A stretch of DNA of 45,023 nucleotides from IMG/VR virus record IMGVR_UViG_3300012663_000955, positions 1-45,023 of that record. The stretch is one strand, 5' to 3'. Of this stretch, positions 9,630-18,322 are shown one piece after another. The notes under the pieces are model-generated. The model did not search any database and was not told the origin of the DNA. It saw only the letters and a program-made list of their open reading frames with translations. Numbering within the stretch: the first letter of the stretch is position 1; the number at the start of each line of letters is the position of its first letter. Origin of the DNA: a virus. Taxonomy: Duplodnaviria > Caudoviricetes. A program made the translations under genes and the position numbers.

Positions 9630-9995
9630 ATGCAATTTACAGCTTTATTCGAAAAACTTATAAATCAGCTTACGGATACTCTCTTCCCTATCTTTGTCAC
9701 TAAAAGAGCAGCGGGAGCGAAGAAAATAGAAGAATCGGCTAGAAAAAAAGGTTCCTTCGCTATCTTAACCGCTTACCATTTTGCTGGTAAGGTGAAACCA
9801 TATGCTGATGCTTTGAGAAAGGCCAAGAAGGAGGATAAAGAATCCCACTTCAAAGAAAAATATAAAGAAGCCTATGCGAAACTCAAAGATTTGGATTCTC
9901 TTTCACAGAAAGATTTTCAAATGATCACGGGAACTCTTGAAGCATATGGGGAAGTTTATATTCAAGCGAAGAATCCAAAAGATTATTCGAAATAA
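9630..9995 (+). CDS. Basic hypothetical protein with late-type promoter
   Basis: Clean ORF; TAAGTA-N5-ATG. Confidence 0.6.
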   Translation: MQFTALFEKLINQLTDTLFPIFVTKRAAGAKKIEESARKKGSFAILTAYHFAGKVKPYADALRKAKKEDKESHFKEKYKEAYAKLKDLDSLSQKDFQMITGTLEAYGEVYIQAKNPKDYSK

Positions 9996-10034
9996 CATTG
10001 CATTTCCTTGAAATGCTGTAAATAATTCCATAAT

Positions 10035-10286
10035 ATGGACTTGCAAACGGCATATAACAAAGGTTTAGATGATGCGGAGAATCGAATTATCGATAATTTC
10101 ATCAATCTATTGAATGACAAGGAATATGACACACCTTTTCCAAATCCGAGATTGGAGATTGTCCGTAAAGTAATTAAAGAGCGATCTGATTATTTCTTCA
10201 AAATGTCGGAAGGAAAACACGGCGTGGCATTGGGATTCCAGAAAAAAATCCAAAACAACAAATTAGAGCTTGAAAAAGCCAAGTAA
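10035..10286 (+). CDS. Hypothetical protein
   Basis: ORF fills the gap; TAAATA at 10019-10024. Confidence 0.6.
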   Translation: MDLQTAYNKGLDDAENRIIDNFINLLNDKEYDTPFPNPRLEIVRKVIKERSDYFFKMSEGKHGVALGFQKKIQNNKLELEKAK

Positions 10287-10305
10287 CGTATTAAAGTAAA
10301 ACAGT

Positions 10306-10659
10306 ATGAAAGCAAAACACGTAGTAATCATTGATCAAATCGGACGAAACATCATCGGTAAAGTTACCGCTGAAACCGATACCACCATCACACTTAATAA
10401 TCCGGTTATTTTGTTCGCACAGCCTGAACAATCTGGTCAGATTCAAGTCCAAAGTTTCCCCATCTTCTTTTTTGAATTCATCAACAAGGAATTTCGTGGA
10501 CAGAATAATTGGACGTTTAATAAGAACGTCATTGTGTTGAGCGATGTCATCTTGGATGATAGAATTTTGTTCCAATATGAGAAGATCAATACTCCTCCTA
10601 TTGAACCACAGTCTACTCCGACATCTTCGCCGAAAGTTATTTCGATTGACGATATTTAA
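10306..10659 (+). CDS. Hypothetical small beta-rich protein (possibly Sm-like fold)
   Basis: GRNIIGKV...TITLNNPV pattern; TTGAAA-N16-TAAAGT upstream; fold is a guess. Confidence 0.6.
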   Translation: MKAKHVVIIDQIGRNIIGKVTAETDTTITLNNPVILFAQPEQSGQIQVQSFPIFFFEFINKEFRGQNNWTFNKNVIVLSDVILDDRILFQYEKINTPPIEPQSTPTSSPKVISIDDI

Positions 10660-10660
10660 T

Positions 10661-10867
10661 ATGTCACCAGAACAATTCACCTATTGGCTCAAAGGTTATT
10701 TCGAGATCTCAGATAGTAATAATCTGAGTCAAACACAAGTCCAAATTATCCGCGATCATCTGGACTTGGTGTTTACCAAGGTAACACCTGAAAGAAAATA
10801 TGACGGACATGGATTTATACCTTTGGACGCAAAGTTCACTGGTTTAAGTTCTGAACTATTTTGTTAA
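10661..10867 (+). CDS. Small hypothetical phage protein
   Basis: MSPEQFTYWLKGYFE...QIIRDHLDLVF; start refined to the ATG right after the upstream stop. Confidence 0.65.
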   Translation: MSPEQFTYWLKGYFEISDSNNLSQTQVQIIRDHLDLVFTKVTPERKYDGHGFIPLDAKFTGLSSELFC

Positions 10868-10873
10868 AAAATT

Positions 10874-11995
10874 ATGAGTGATAAATTAGATAAAGATATT
10901 TTAGCGTCTTTGAACGCTTTGGATGATGTTGTGCCGTATTCGGCATATTTGAGCGATTCCACTCTTTCCAGTGTGAATGACTGGATTGATACTGGAAGCA
11001 TGGTTCTCAATGCTTTGATCTCTGGGTCATTGTATGGTGGCGTCCCCAAGGGACGTATCACGCAATTAGCAGGACCATCACAGAGCTTCAAGAGTGGTCT
11101 AGTCATGCAAATTCTGGCAAATGCTCAGAAGAAGGGCATGATCCCTGTCATTTTTGACACGGAAGGTGCAATCGATCCTGAGTCTGCTGCCAAATTTGGT
11201 TTGGATATTACCAAGGTCAAATATGTCGGATGTGAATCTGTCGAGCAAACAAGAAATGCAATTTACAAATTCTTGAAAAATGTTCGTGAGAAGAAGCAAT
11301 ATGGCAAGTTCATCATCGCAATCGATTCCCTTGCGAATTTAAATTCGGAAATGGAATTGACTAGAATGGATAAAGATTCCATGTCTGCTGACATGGGAAC
11401 ATTCGCGAAGTCTGTCAAGAGTCTTTTGAAGACATGCACAAACATGTCAACTCTCACTAAGACTCCTATCATCATCACCAACCATGTGTATGATGATCCT
11501 AGCGCGATGTATCCATCTTTGGAGAAGAATATGCCGGGTGGTAAAGCTGCGGTGTATCTCCCTTCAGTGACTGTTCAGCTTGCCAGAAAGCTTGTGAAGG
11601 ATGCTGACAACAAGCAAGTCAGTGACAAATTGGCAGCTTCCCAGAAGAATTATTCGGGTGTCGTGATCCGTGCCTTGACTGTCAAGAATCGCTTCATCAA
11701 GCAATATCTGGAAGGCGAATTCTACTTGTCCTTCAGTAAGGGACTCGATAAGTATTACGGTCTGCTTGATATTATGAAGGGTATGGGAGTTGTCGATAAT
11801 TCGGGTTCTTCCTACACTGATTGGGAAAATAACAAGCTGGGATACTATTCCAAATGGTCGAAAGATATAAATTTATGGGAGGAAAAATTACTCCCAGAAT
11901 TAGAAAAAAGAATAAAAATTCATTGGGCATATGGCTCCACACCAGAAGAAGATAATTTAGCAGAACTTGAAGAATTCGAAGTGCTTGAAGATTGA
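10874..11995 (+). CDS. uvsX: UvsX/RecA-like recombinase; last ~45 codons supplied by the inserted element
   Basis: GPSQSFKS (UvsX-type Walker A), FDTEGA, IDSLANL, TNHVY, PGGKA, KNRF. Confidence 0.92.
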   Translation: MSDKLDKDILASLNALDDVVPYSAYLSDSTLSSVNDWIDTGSMVLNALISGSLYGGVPKGRITQLAGPSQSFKSGLVMQILANAQKKGMIPVIFDTEGAIDPESAAKFGLDITKVKYVGCESVEQTRNAIYKFLKNVREKKQYGKFIIAIDSLANLNSEMELTRMDKDSMSADMGTFAKSVKSLLKTCTNMSTLTKTPIIITNHVYDDPSAMYPSLEKNMPGGKAAVYLPSVTVQLARKLVKDADNKQVSDKLAASQKNYSGVVIRALTVKNRFIKQYLEGEFYLSFSKGLDKYYGLLDIMKGMGVVDNSGSSYTDWENNKLGYYSKWSKDINLWEEKLLPELEKRIKIHWAYGSTPEEDNLAELEEFEVLED

Positions 11996-12875
11996 TCAAG
12001 TTCTGCTAAAATTAATTTTTTATATTTACTAAAAGAGTTGATATTATATTTATAAGATATAAATCTTGATAAAGTTTTAATGCATTTTATATTGAATATT
12101 TTTATTATATCTTTGGCACGCATTCCTTCTAAAGTCAATGATTTCAATAAATTAAAATCAATTTGATGTTGCCTCATTTTAACATCATCAGAAACATTTA
12201 GAATTTTTCTGATGATGTTAAAATCTGTTGTATCATAATGAATGAACATTCTATCTCGTATGATATCATACGAGATATTCATTTTTACCCATATATCTTT
12301 TAATTTCAATCCGTCTCTCACATGTTTTTCAAATATATCTTTATCAAATTTTATCTTATTTCTTTTACCAAATGAAATATTCTCACCCCATTTTTCATTT
12401 CTTGTTTTACCTTTTAATCTATCAGACATTTTTCTTTTTCTTTCATCTGTCCAAGATTTAATGATACTCTTTTTATGTTCATCTTTCATCTTATATTTAC
12501 AACCTTTTCTATTTGGAGGTGAGTCGCCACCGTCAGTCATATTGAATAATATCCCATCTTTATCTTTAATTTTTCCGTATTTTTTTATATAAAATATTTC
12601 TTTATCGTAAGCATCTTTTTCTGATAAATTATTTTCCACAATCAAAATTATATCATCCATTGTTGATCCTTTTTCAATAATTTTATTAATTTTGTTATAT
12701 ACCCACATATTCCTCGATGATTCATAATTTTCATAAGCTCTTTTATTTTTACCTTTCCCAACATAAAATGGTTGATTTGTTTCCGGGTCTTTGTAAATAT
12801 AGATGTAATAACAATTATCCATAATAGTATTTAATATAATAGCCAATATTTATGTTGTTTATAAAAGAAAAAAAT
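11858..12875. mobile_element. Homing-endonuclease cassette carrying a replacement uvsX 3' end
   Basis: AT-rich block from uvsX codon TCG(11858) to the displaced paralogous 3' end at 12876; contains a GIY-YIG gene. Confidence 0.8.
11920..12822 (-). CDS. Free-standing GIY-YIG homing endonuclease with NUMOD3-like DNA-binding region
   Basis: YYIYIYKDP...FYVGKGKNKR...E..YIKKYG...LFNMTDGGD; ERKRKMSDRLKG; start refined to ATG 12822 (TAAATA-N5). Confidence 0.85.
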   Translation of the reverse strand: MDNCYYIYIYKDPETNQPFYVGKGKNKRAYENYESSRNMWVYNKINKIIEKGSTMDDIILIVENNLSEKDAYDKEIFYIKKYGKIKDKDGILFNMTDGGDSPPNRKGCKYKMKDEHKKSIIKSWTDERKRKMSDRLKGKTRNEKWGENISFGKRNKIKFDKDIFEKHVRDGLKLKDIWVKMNISYDIIRDRMFIHYDTTDFNIIRKILNVSDDVKMRQHQIDFNLLKSLTLEGMRAKDIIKIFNIKCIKTLSRFISYKYNINSFSKYKKLILAELDQSSSTSNSSSSAKLSSSGVEPYAQ

Positions 12876-13016
12876 AGTAAGGACATTGATCTTTGGGAGA
12901 ATAAATTGCTTCCTGAACTTGAAAAGAGAATCAAGGAACATTGGGCTTATGGTTCTTCCCCTGAAGACGATAATCTCATCGAATTGGAAGAAGATGGTGA
13001 TAATTCTGACGAATGA
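12876..13016 (+). pseudogene. Orphaned original uvsX C-terminal fragment
   Basis: Reads SKDIDLWENKLLPELEKRIKEHWAYGSSPEDDNLIELEEDGDNSDE*; 33 of the first 39 aa match the current UvsX end; no start codon. Confidence 0.9.
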
Positions 13017-13894
13017 TCACCATCTTCCAAAATTGGCCTGATAAATTTGATGTAATATTGATGAACCCCCCATATCAAGCACCAAAAACGCTTGATAGTA
13101 AAGGAAAGTTTGGAAAATCAATATGGGAAGATTTCGTCAAAATGTCTTTCGGGTTGCTGAAAAAAGGGGGATACTGTTGCCACATCCATCCCTCCAGATG
13201 GAGGAAACCTAATAATAAGTTTGGAAAATGGTTAAAGACATTCCAACTTCATTATTTAGAACTTCACAGTATTGAAGATGGGATGCGAGATTTCCGTTGT
13301 CAGACGAGATATGATTTATATATTGCTCAAAATGTGGAACGTTATACTACCACAAAATTTGTGGATGAACGAGGATATTGTTCTGATATTGATTTGAATA
13401 TGGTTATGATACCTAATTCAAATATAAATGAGGTATTTGATATGTTAGCTAAATCTGATGAAAATTCCGTAAATTTGATGTACGATAGTTCATCGTATCA
13501 CACCCAAAGTGCTGTGAAGAGCGGAAAATTGAGCAGAACGCCCACAAATAAACATATATACCCATGTGTTTATTCCATAGATTCCAAAAATAATGTGAAA
13601 TTTTTTTATTCTTCTGTTAAGAACCATCACTTCGGGATTCCGAAAATTATCATACCTTCAGGCGCGTATCAAAGTGTGGGAATTTTGGTGGATATGAAGG
13701 GTGAATATGGACTTACTCAATTCGCCAAGGCGATAGTGGATGATGTGGATAAACTTGAGGAAATTGCAAAGGCGATCAAAACTCCGAAATTTTTAGAATT
13801 TTATAAAAATTTTATTATTTCTTTGGAAGAATTAGATAAAGATGTAATTAAACTTTTCAAAAAAGATTTTTGGAAACATTTTCAAAATGAATAA
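13013..13894 (+). CDS. Amino-methyltransferase (likely m6A), catalytic NPPY plus specificity part
   Basis: FDVILMNPPY, LLKKGGY, IHPSRW; lacks the SAM-binding motif I. Confidence 0.8.
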   Translation: MITIFQNWPDKFDVILMNPPYQAPKTLDSKGKFGKSIWEDFVKMSFGLLKKGGYCCHIHPSRWRKPNNKFGKWLKTFQLHYLELHSIEDGMRDFRCQTRYDLYIAQNVERYTTTKFVDERGYCSDIDLNMVMIPNSNINEVFDMLAKSDENSVNLMYDSSSYHTQSAVKSGKLSRTPTNKHIYPCVYSIDSKNNVKFFYSSVKNHHFGIPKIIIPSGAYQSVGILVDMKGEYGLTQFAKAIVDDVDKLEEIAKAIKTPKFLEFYKNFIISLEELDKDVIKLFKKDFWKHFQNE

Positions 13895-14264
13895 ACGCAA
13901 AAAGATAACCGCCGAAGAGTTCACGCCTGAATGGTTGGCGAATCATCTATTAGATGAGCTATTGAAATGTGGAGACGTTCTGAATTCTGAATATACCTAC
14001 TTAGACCCAGCTTGTGGTGATGGATCGTTGTTAGCAGCATTATATAGAAGACGTTTGATGAATGGGCAAGACCCAATCAATTCTTTGGAAACCATCTATG
14101 GATGTGATATTATGATTGACAATATTCAAAATTGTAAATCCAGACTTTTGAATATTTGTCCCGTGAAAGATTCAAAAATATCACAGATTTTAGAAAATAA
14201 TATTATTCACATCCCAATTGAAGAATACCCCAGAGGTTCATTAGATTTCTTGGTTTGTCGATAA
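13887..14264 (+). CDS. Methyltransferase SAM-binding part (motifs X-I-II-III)
   Basis: EEFTP, YLDPACGDGSLL, IYGCDI; lacks NPPY. Confidence 0.8.
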   Translation: MNKRKKITAEEFTPEWLANHLLDELLKCGDVLNSEYTYLDPACGDGSLLAALYRRRLMNGQDPINSLETIYGCDIMIDNIQNCKSRLLNICPVKDSKISQILENNIIHIPIEEYPRGSLDFLVCR

Positions 14265-15764
14265 CCAGTGGTTGTAATTTTTGAATTTTTTATAACCACG
14301 TTCTTTAAACTCTCCAATAACATTGGTGTGTCTATCCTTTAAGATTTGTTCTGAAAAATATCCCATCACACCTTCCTCATCTTCTGGTTGTTCTCTTTTT
14401 CTTTGAAGAGCTTCAATTTTTCTCTTTATTGATTTAATTTCAGATGGATTATCGGATTCTTCTGCTTTAAGCATCAATTTTTCGATTTGTCCCTCAATTC
14501 CCATTCCTAGAGAGGATTGTTGAGCCTTTTCGTATTTTCTTGCAGCAGCAATAAATCTCTTTTCTTCAATTTCTGATTGTTTATCAGCTTCCGCTTGTCT
14601 CAACTCGTAAAATGACCGAAAGATGTCTTCTTTTTCTGGAGTGTTTAAAACTTGCGCTAGAGCTTCCTTATCATATCCCTCAAACTCTCCACTTTCATCG
14701 ATGTTTTGTTTTTTTTCTCGTTTCGCGACACTCAACAGATATTCTCCCAACTCAGAAATAAGGGGGTTGGACGTTTTCATTTTACTTATCAGATTTAACC
14801 ATTGAGCTTCAGTAATACCGAGTCCGCTTTCTTCCCTACTTTCAAGAAACCCAATCAATTGTAATATTTCTTTTTCCGTAAATTTCTCACCAAAATATTT
14901 TCTAGGATTTGAAGTTTTTTCATCATCCATTTCCCGTTTAGCGAAAAGTGAACCTCCTTTATTTTCTGTATCACTTGATGAGTTTTGAAATCCTTTATCA
15001 GTGAATGGTACAATGTATGACAGTTCTTCTGCTAATTCCTTAGATAGATGAACTTCTGGTGTCGCTTTTTCGTCTTCAATATTCCAATTTTCTTTACGTT
15101 TTTTCCGCATCAAACGGTTTATTTGAACTAATAGTGGGCGAGCTTGAGCTTCGATTTGGAATATATCTCCCAAATCTCTACCGTATAATTGTTCTTTTCG
15201 ATTTTTTGCAATATCAGCAATTATTGATTGCCCCGAAGCATCATAACCACCGGGATTATTGACAAATTGTTTAATATTAGAAGGGTCTAATATTTTTTTT
15301 CTAAAAGAATCTGAAAATACAACATTCGGATATTGTTTGATTAAATGGGTTAGATAGTAATCTTTGATATAATTTCCTATGCTAAGAGGATTTGTGCTTG
15401 TCTCTTTTTTAGAACCACCTTTAGATTTGGTTTTATATGTTGCCACCCATTCCAAATAATCTTCAGTATTCTGTTTTACGAAATTTTTGGATCGTGCCCA
15501 CACAGCACCGCTAGGAGTTGGTTGTTTTTTAGCATATGCATAATACGTTGTGATTAAATAATCAAAAATTATTCTTGCAGTGTTCCCCCCTTCGTGTTTC
15601 ATTATTTCATGAACCTTGCCATAAATGTTATCAAATTCCATCAAAGCTTTTTTAACGTCATCAGTAGTTGCATCTTGCGACATCGGTGGATATACCCTAC
15701 CTTTCGCCATCTCGTTCAACACCTGAACCTTCTCTACTAAATATTCAAATCCGTATTTTCTCAT
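14241..15764 (-). CDS. Large late hypothetical protein; candidate head-internal protein
   Basis: 507-aa ORF; TAAATA-N5-ATG; N-term FEYLVEKVQVLNE. Confidence 0.65.
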   Translation of the reverse strand: MRKYGFEYLVEKVQVLNEMAKGRVYPPMSQDATTDDVKKALMEFDNIYGKVHEIMKHEGGNTARIIFDYLITTYYAYAKKQPTPSGAVWARSKNFVKQNTEDYLEWVATYKTKSKGGSKKETSTNPLSIGNYIKDYYLTHLIKQYPNVVFSDSFRKKILDPSNIKQFVNNPGGYDASGQSIIADIAKNRKEQLYGRDLGDIFQIEAQARPLLVQINRLMRKKRKENWNIEDEKATPEVHLSKELAEELSYIVPFTDKGFQNSSSDTENKGGSLFAKREMDDEKTSNPRKYFGEKFTEKEILQLIGFLESREESGLGITEAQWLNLISKMKTSNPLISELGEYLLSVAKREKKQNIDESGEFEGYDKEALAQVLNTPEKEDIFRSFYELRQAEADKQSEIEEKRFIAAARKYEKAQQSSLGMGIEGQIEKLMLKAEESDNPSEIKSIKRKIEALQRKREQPEDEEGVMGYFSEQILKDRHTNVIGEFKERGYKKFKNYNHWLSTNQEI

Positions 15765-15772
15765 AATATTAT

Positions 15773-16204
15773 TTAGTAATCTCTCCTAATTTCTCTTCCT
15801 TCTTCGCTGGATAATTTCGCGAGTTTGCCTTGTCTACGATTACCATAATCTTCTCTATTGAGATATTGTTTAACCAATTCGGGATCTGTCATTTTTTCTT
15901 TCAAGTCGTCTAAATCTATTTTATCGATATTTTGATTGATTAAGTTGACGACAAAGGGTCTCAGGTAAGCACCTGAGCTTTTTCCTTTAATTGCTTTAAT
16001 TTCAGGTGTTTTGATAGCAGATGGTAAAAGACGATAGATGAAATCTGGAATTGCGAATGTGGCCGCAGTGGTGAATCCTAAATTTTTGAAAATATTTCGA
16101 CATTGTTCGTGTGCTTCTTTTAAAGACATGTCTGAAAATTGGTGTTTAGATGTCCGTCCTTCTTCCAAAATTTCATCGTATATTGATTGTAAATCTTCTA
16201 TCAT
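15773..16204 (-). CDS. Late hypothetical protein; candidate head-internal protein
   Basis: Start refined to 16204 (TAAATA 16210-16215); MIEDLQSIYDEILEEG. Confidence 0.6.
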   Translation of the reverse strand: MIEDLQSIYDEILEEGRTSKHQFSDMSLKEAHEQCRNIFKNLGFTTAATFAIPDFIYRLLPSAIKTPEIKAIKGKSSGAYLRPFVVNLINQNIDKIDLDDLKEKMTDPELVKQYLNREDYGNRRQGKLAKLSSEEGREIRRDY

Positions 16205-16241
16205 ATAGGTATTTAATAAATATGGGCCAATGCTTAAAAAT

Positions 16242-16269
16242 TTGACTTCCTTTTGAACCATGTTAAGGT
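16242..16269 (+). promoter_or_regulatory. Sigma70-like promoter
   Basis: TTGACT-N16-TAAGGT, 6 nt before ATG 16276. Confidence 0.55.
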
Positions 16270-16275
16270 ATTAAT

Positions 16276-16944
16276 ATGTCGAATTCGAACGTCTCATCAA
16301 ATATTTGCATTTTTTCAGTTAGTAAAAAATGTGATTGGAAATTTCCATTAGCAGATTCATTAATTGAATTAGGATTAGATGAATTTAGCTACACCAAGCT
16401 GAATAATACCAGAGCACTTGCAAAGGTTTACAATGAATTCCTTGATACTGCCATCAGAGAAAAATTTGATTACATCATATTTGTCCATGATGATGTTCAT
16501 CTGGAACACGATCCTCGCCCGAAGCTTGAGAAATTATTTCAAGAATTTGATATTGTCGGTGTCGCAGGGTGTTCCAAAGCGGAAATAAAATCCCCCGCAC
16601 TCTGGCATCTGATGGGACAAGGAAATTTGCACGGCGCAGTGGCACATAAGCATGGCGATAATAAATATATGACAAGCTTTGGTCCGTATCCAAAGAGAGT
16701 AGTGATGATCGATGGTGTTTTCATGGCATTCAATCGAAAAGCGATTGAGACTGTGAGATTTGACGAGGATTGCCCATCAAAATTTCACTTCTACGATCTG
16801 AATCTTTGTGCAAGAGCTTTGGAAAAAGGCTTGAAAATCGGCGTGGGTGATATTATGATTACTCACGAGTCACCCGGATTGCGTGAATTCAACGAAGAAT
16901 GGAAAGTGGGTGACAAATATTACTTGGAGGTATACGGAAATTAA
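16276..16944 (+). CDS. GT-A fold (GT2-like) glycosyltransferase
   Basis: YNEFLD, IIFVHDDV, VGVAG, IDGVFMA, FDE, FHFYDLNLC, HESPG. Confidence 0.8.
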   Translation: MSNSNVSSNICIFSVSKKCDWKFPLADSLIELGLDEFSYTKLNNTRALAKVYNEFLDTAIREKFDYIIFVHDDVHLEHDPRPKLEKLFQEFDIVGVAGCSKAEIKSPALWHLMGQGNLHGAVAHKHGDNKYMTSFGPYPKRVVMIDGVFMAFNRKAIETVRFDEDCPSKFHFYDLNLCARALEKGLKIGVGDIMITHESPGLREFNEEWKVGDKYYLEVYGN

Positions 16945-18260
16945 TGTCGGAAATAGATTTTGATTATTTTGAAAAGGTTCTTGTGAAGAATGCGATCACG
17001 AATGGTGCTTACCTAGCATCCATCGCTGATTACACTCAACCCAAGTATTTCACAGACAAAAATATTGCGAAATATTTTGAAATTGTCGCGGATTTCTATG
17101 AGAAACGACAAGCTCTCCCGACATTCACGGAAGTAAAGACATATCTCACGACAGATGAACTCAAATCCAACTTCAAGAAGTTGATCGAGTCATTCAAAGA
17201 GATCGATTCCAACCACAATGAGGATGAATTGTATGAAAATACTGAAAGATTCCTCAAGGAAAGAGGGATGTATCACTCCATTTTGGAGTCTGCGGAAGAA
17301 ATTTCGGAGGGAGAAGCTGATACAGCGAAGATTGTAGAGAAATTTGAGAAAATTGCAGGTATCAACCTGAACCTTGATAAAGGAATTGAGCTTTATGGAG
17401 ATGTTGAGAAGGTCATCGACGATATTCTGAGTGATGAAACGATGATTTCGTCCAAGTGGCCATGGTTAGATGAGGCACTTGGTGGCGGATTTCAAGAAGC
17501 TGGTAAGTCATTGTATGTCTTTGCAGGGCAATCCAACATTGGTAAGAGTATTTTCCTCGGTAATGTGGCCGCAAACATAGCCTCACAGGGTAAGAATGTG
17601 CTCGTAGTCACTCTGGAGATGTCTGAGACCCTTTATGCCAAGAGAATCGCATCCAATGTGACGAAGATCCCCATGAAGGAGTTCCGAAATTGTGTTCCCA
17701 CGCTTCGACATGCTCTGGAAGAGGAACACAAGAACACTGATGGTAGGATTTATATCAAAGAATTCCCCCCATCTACGATTACACCTAAGCAATTAGGAGC
17801 ATTCATCAAAAAGATGAAGGACTCTGGTATCAAAATCGATGCTGTAGTTGTCGATTACCTCACTTTGCTCACTGCTGCTGGTAGCAATAGCTACGAGAAA
17901 GGTAAAAATATCTGCGAACAGATCCGAGCATTGTCTTATGTGTATAAGTGTCCCATAATTAGTGCATGCCAGTTGAATCGTTCATCGGTAAATGAGAGTA
18001 ATCCCGATATGTCAGGTATCGCAGAGTCTTTGGCCATTGCGATGACCGCTGATGTGATCACATCTATCTTCCAGAATGAAGAAGATAGGGAGTTGGGTGT
18101 GATCCGCCTTGGAATGATGAAGAATCGTTTCGGGATGAGAGGTATGGTGCAGACTATGAGAATCGATTATCCAACTCTTACTGTCTATCAATCGGAAGAT
18201 GATGAGGAGGAATTGATGAATGATGATGAACTCAGCCTCCTTGAGAAGTTATCCGAATAA
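16944..18260 (+). CDS. gp41: gp41 / DnaB-like replicative helicase
   Basis: GQSNIGKS, TLEMSE, IKEFPP, VVDYL, QLNR, KNRFG. Confidence 0.93.
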   Translation: MSEIDFDYFEKVLVKNAITNGAYLASIADYTQPKYFTDKNIAKYFEIVADFYEKRQALPTFTEVKTYLTTDELKSNFKKLIESFKEIDSNHNEDELYENTERFLKERGMYHSILESAEEISEGEADTAKIVEKFEKIAGINLNLDKGIELYGDVEKVIDDILSDETMISSKWPWLDEALGGGFQEAGKSLYVFAGQSNIGKSIFLGNVAANIASQGKNVLVVTLEMSETLYAKRIASNVTKIPMKEFRNCVPTLRHALEEEHKNTDGRIYIKEFPPSTITPKQLGAFIKKMKDSGIKIDAVVVDYLTLLTAAGSNSYEKGKNICEQIRALSYVYKCPIISACQLNRSSVNESNPDMSGIAESLAIAMTADVITSIFQNEEDRELGVIRLGMMKNRFGMRGMVQTMRIDYPTLTVYQSEDDEEELMNDDELSLLEKLSE

Positions 18261-18322
18261 CTCACACTAAAATCTATATGGATTCAAATCTTGACAAATC
18301 TTTCGATAATTGTAGATATGAT

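Noticed and set aside
11858-12875. Group I intron or intein in uvsX
   Set aside because: uvsX is completed inside the insert with its own stop, the endonuclease is antisense and fills the block, and no room or motifs for a ribozyme or intein remain.
13013-14264. Complete restriction-modification system
   Set aside because: No restriction nuclease motif recognised nearby; the adjacent GIY-YIG has homing-type architecture.
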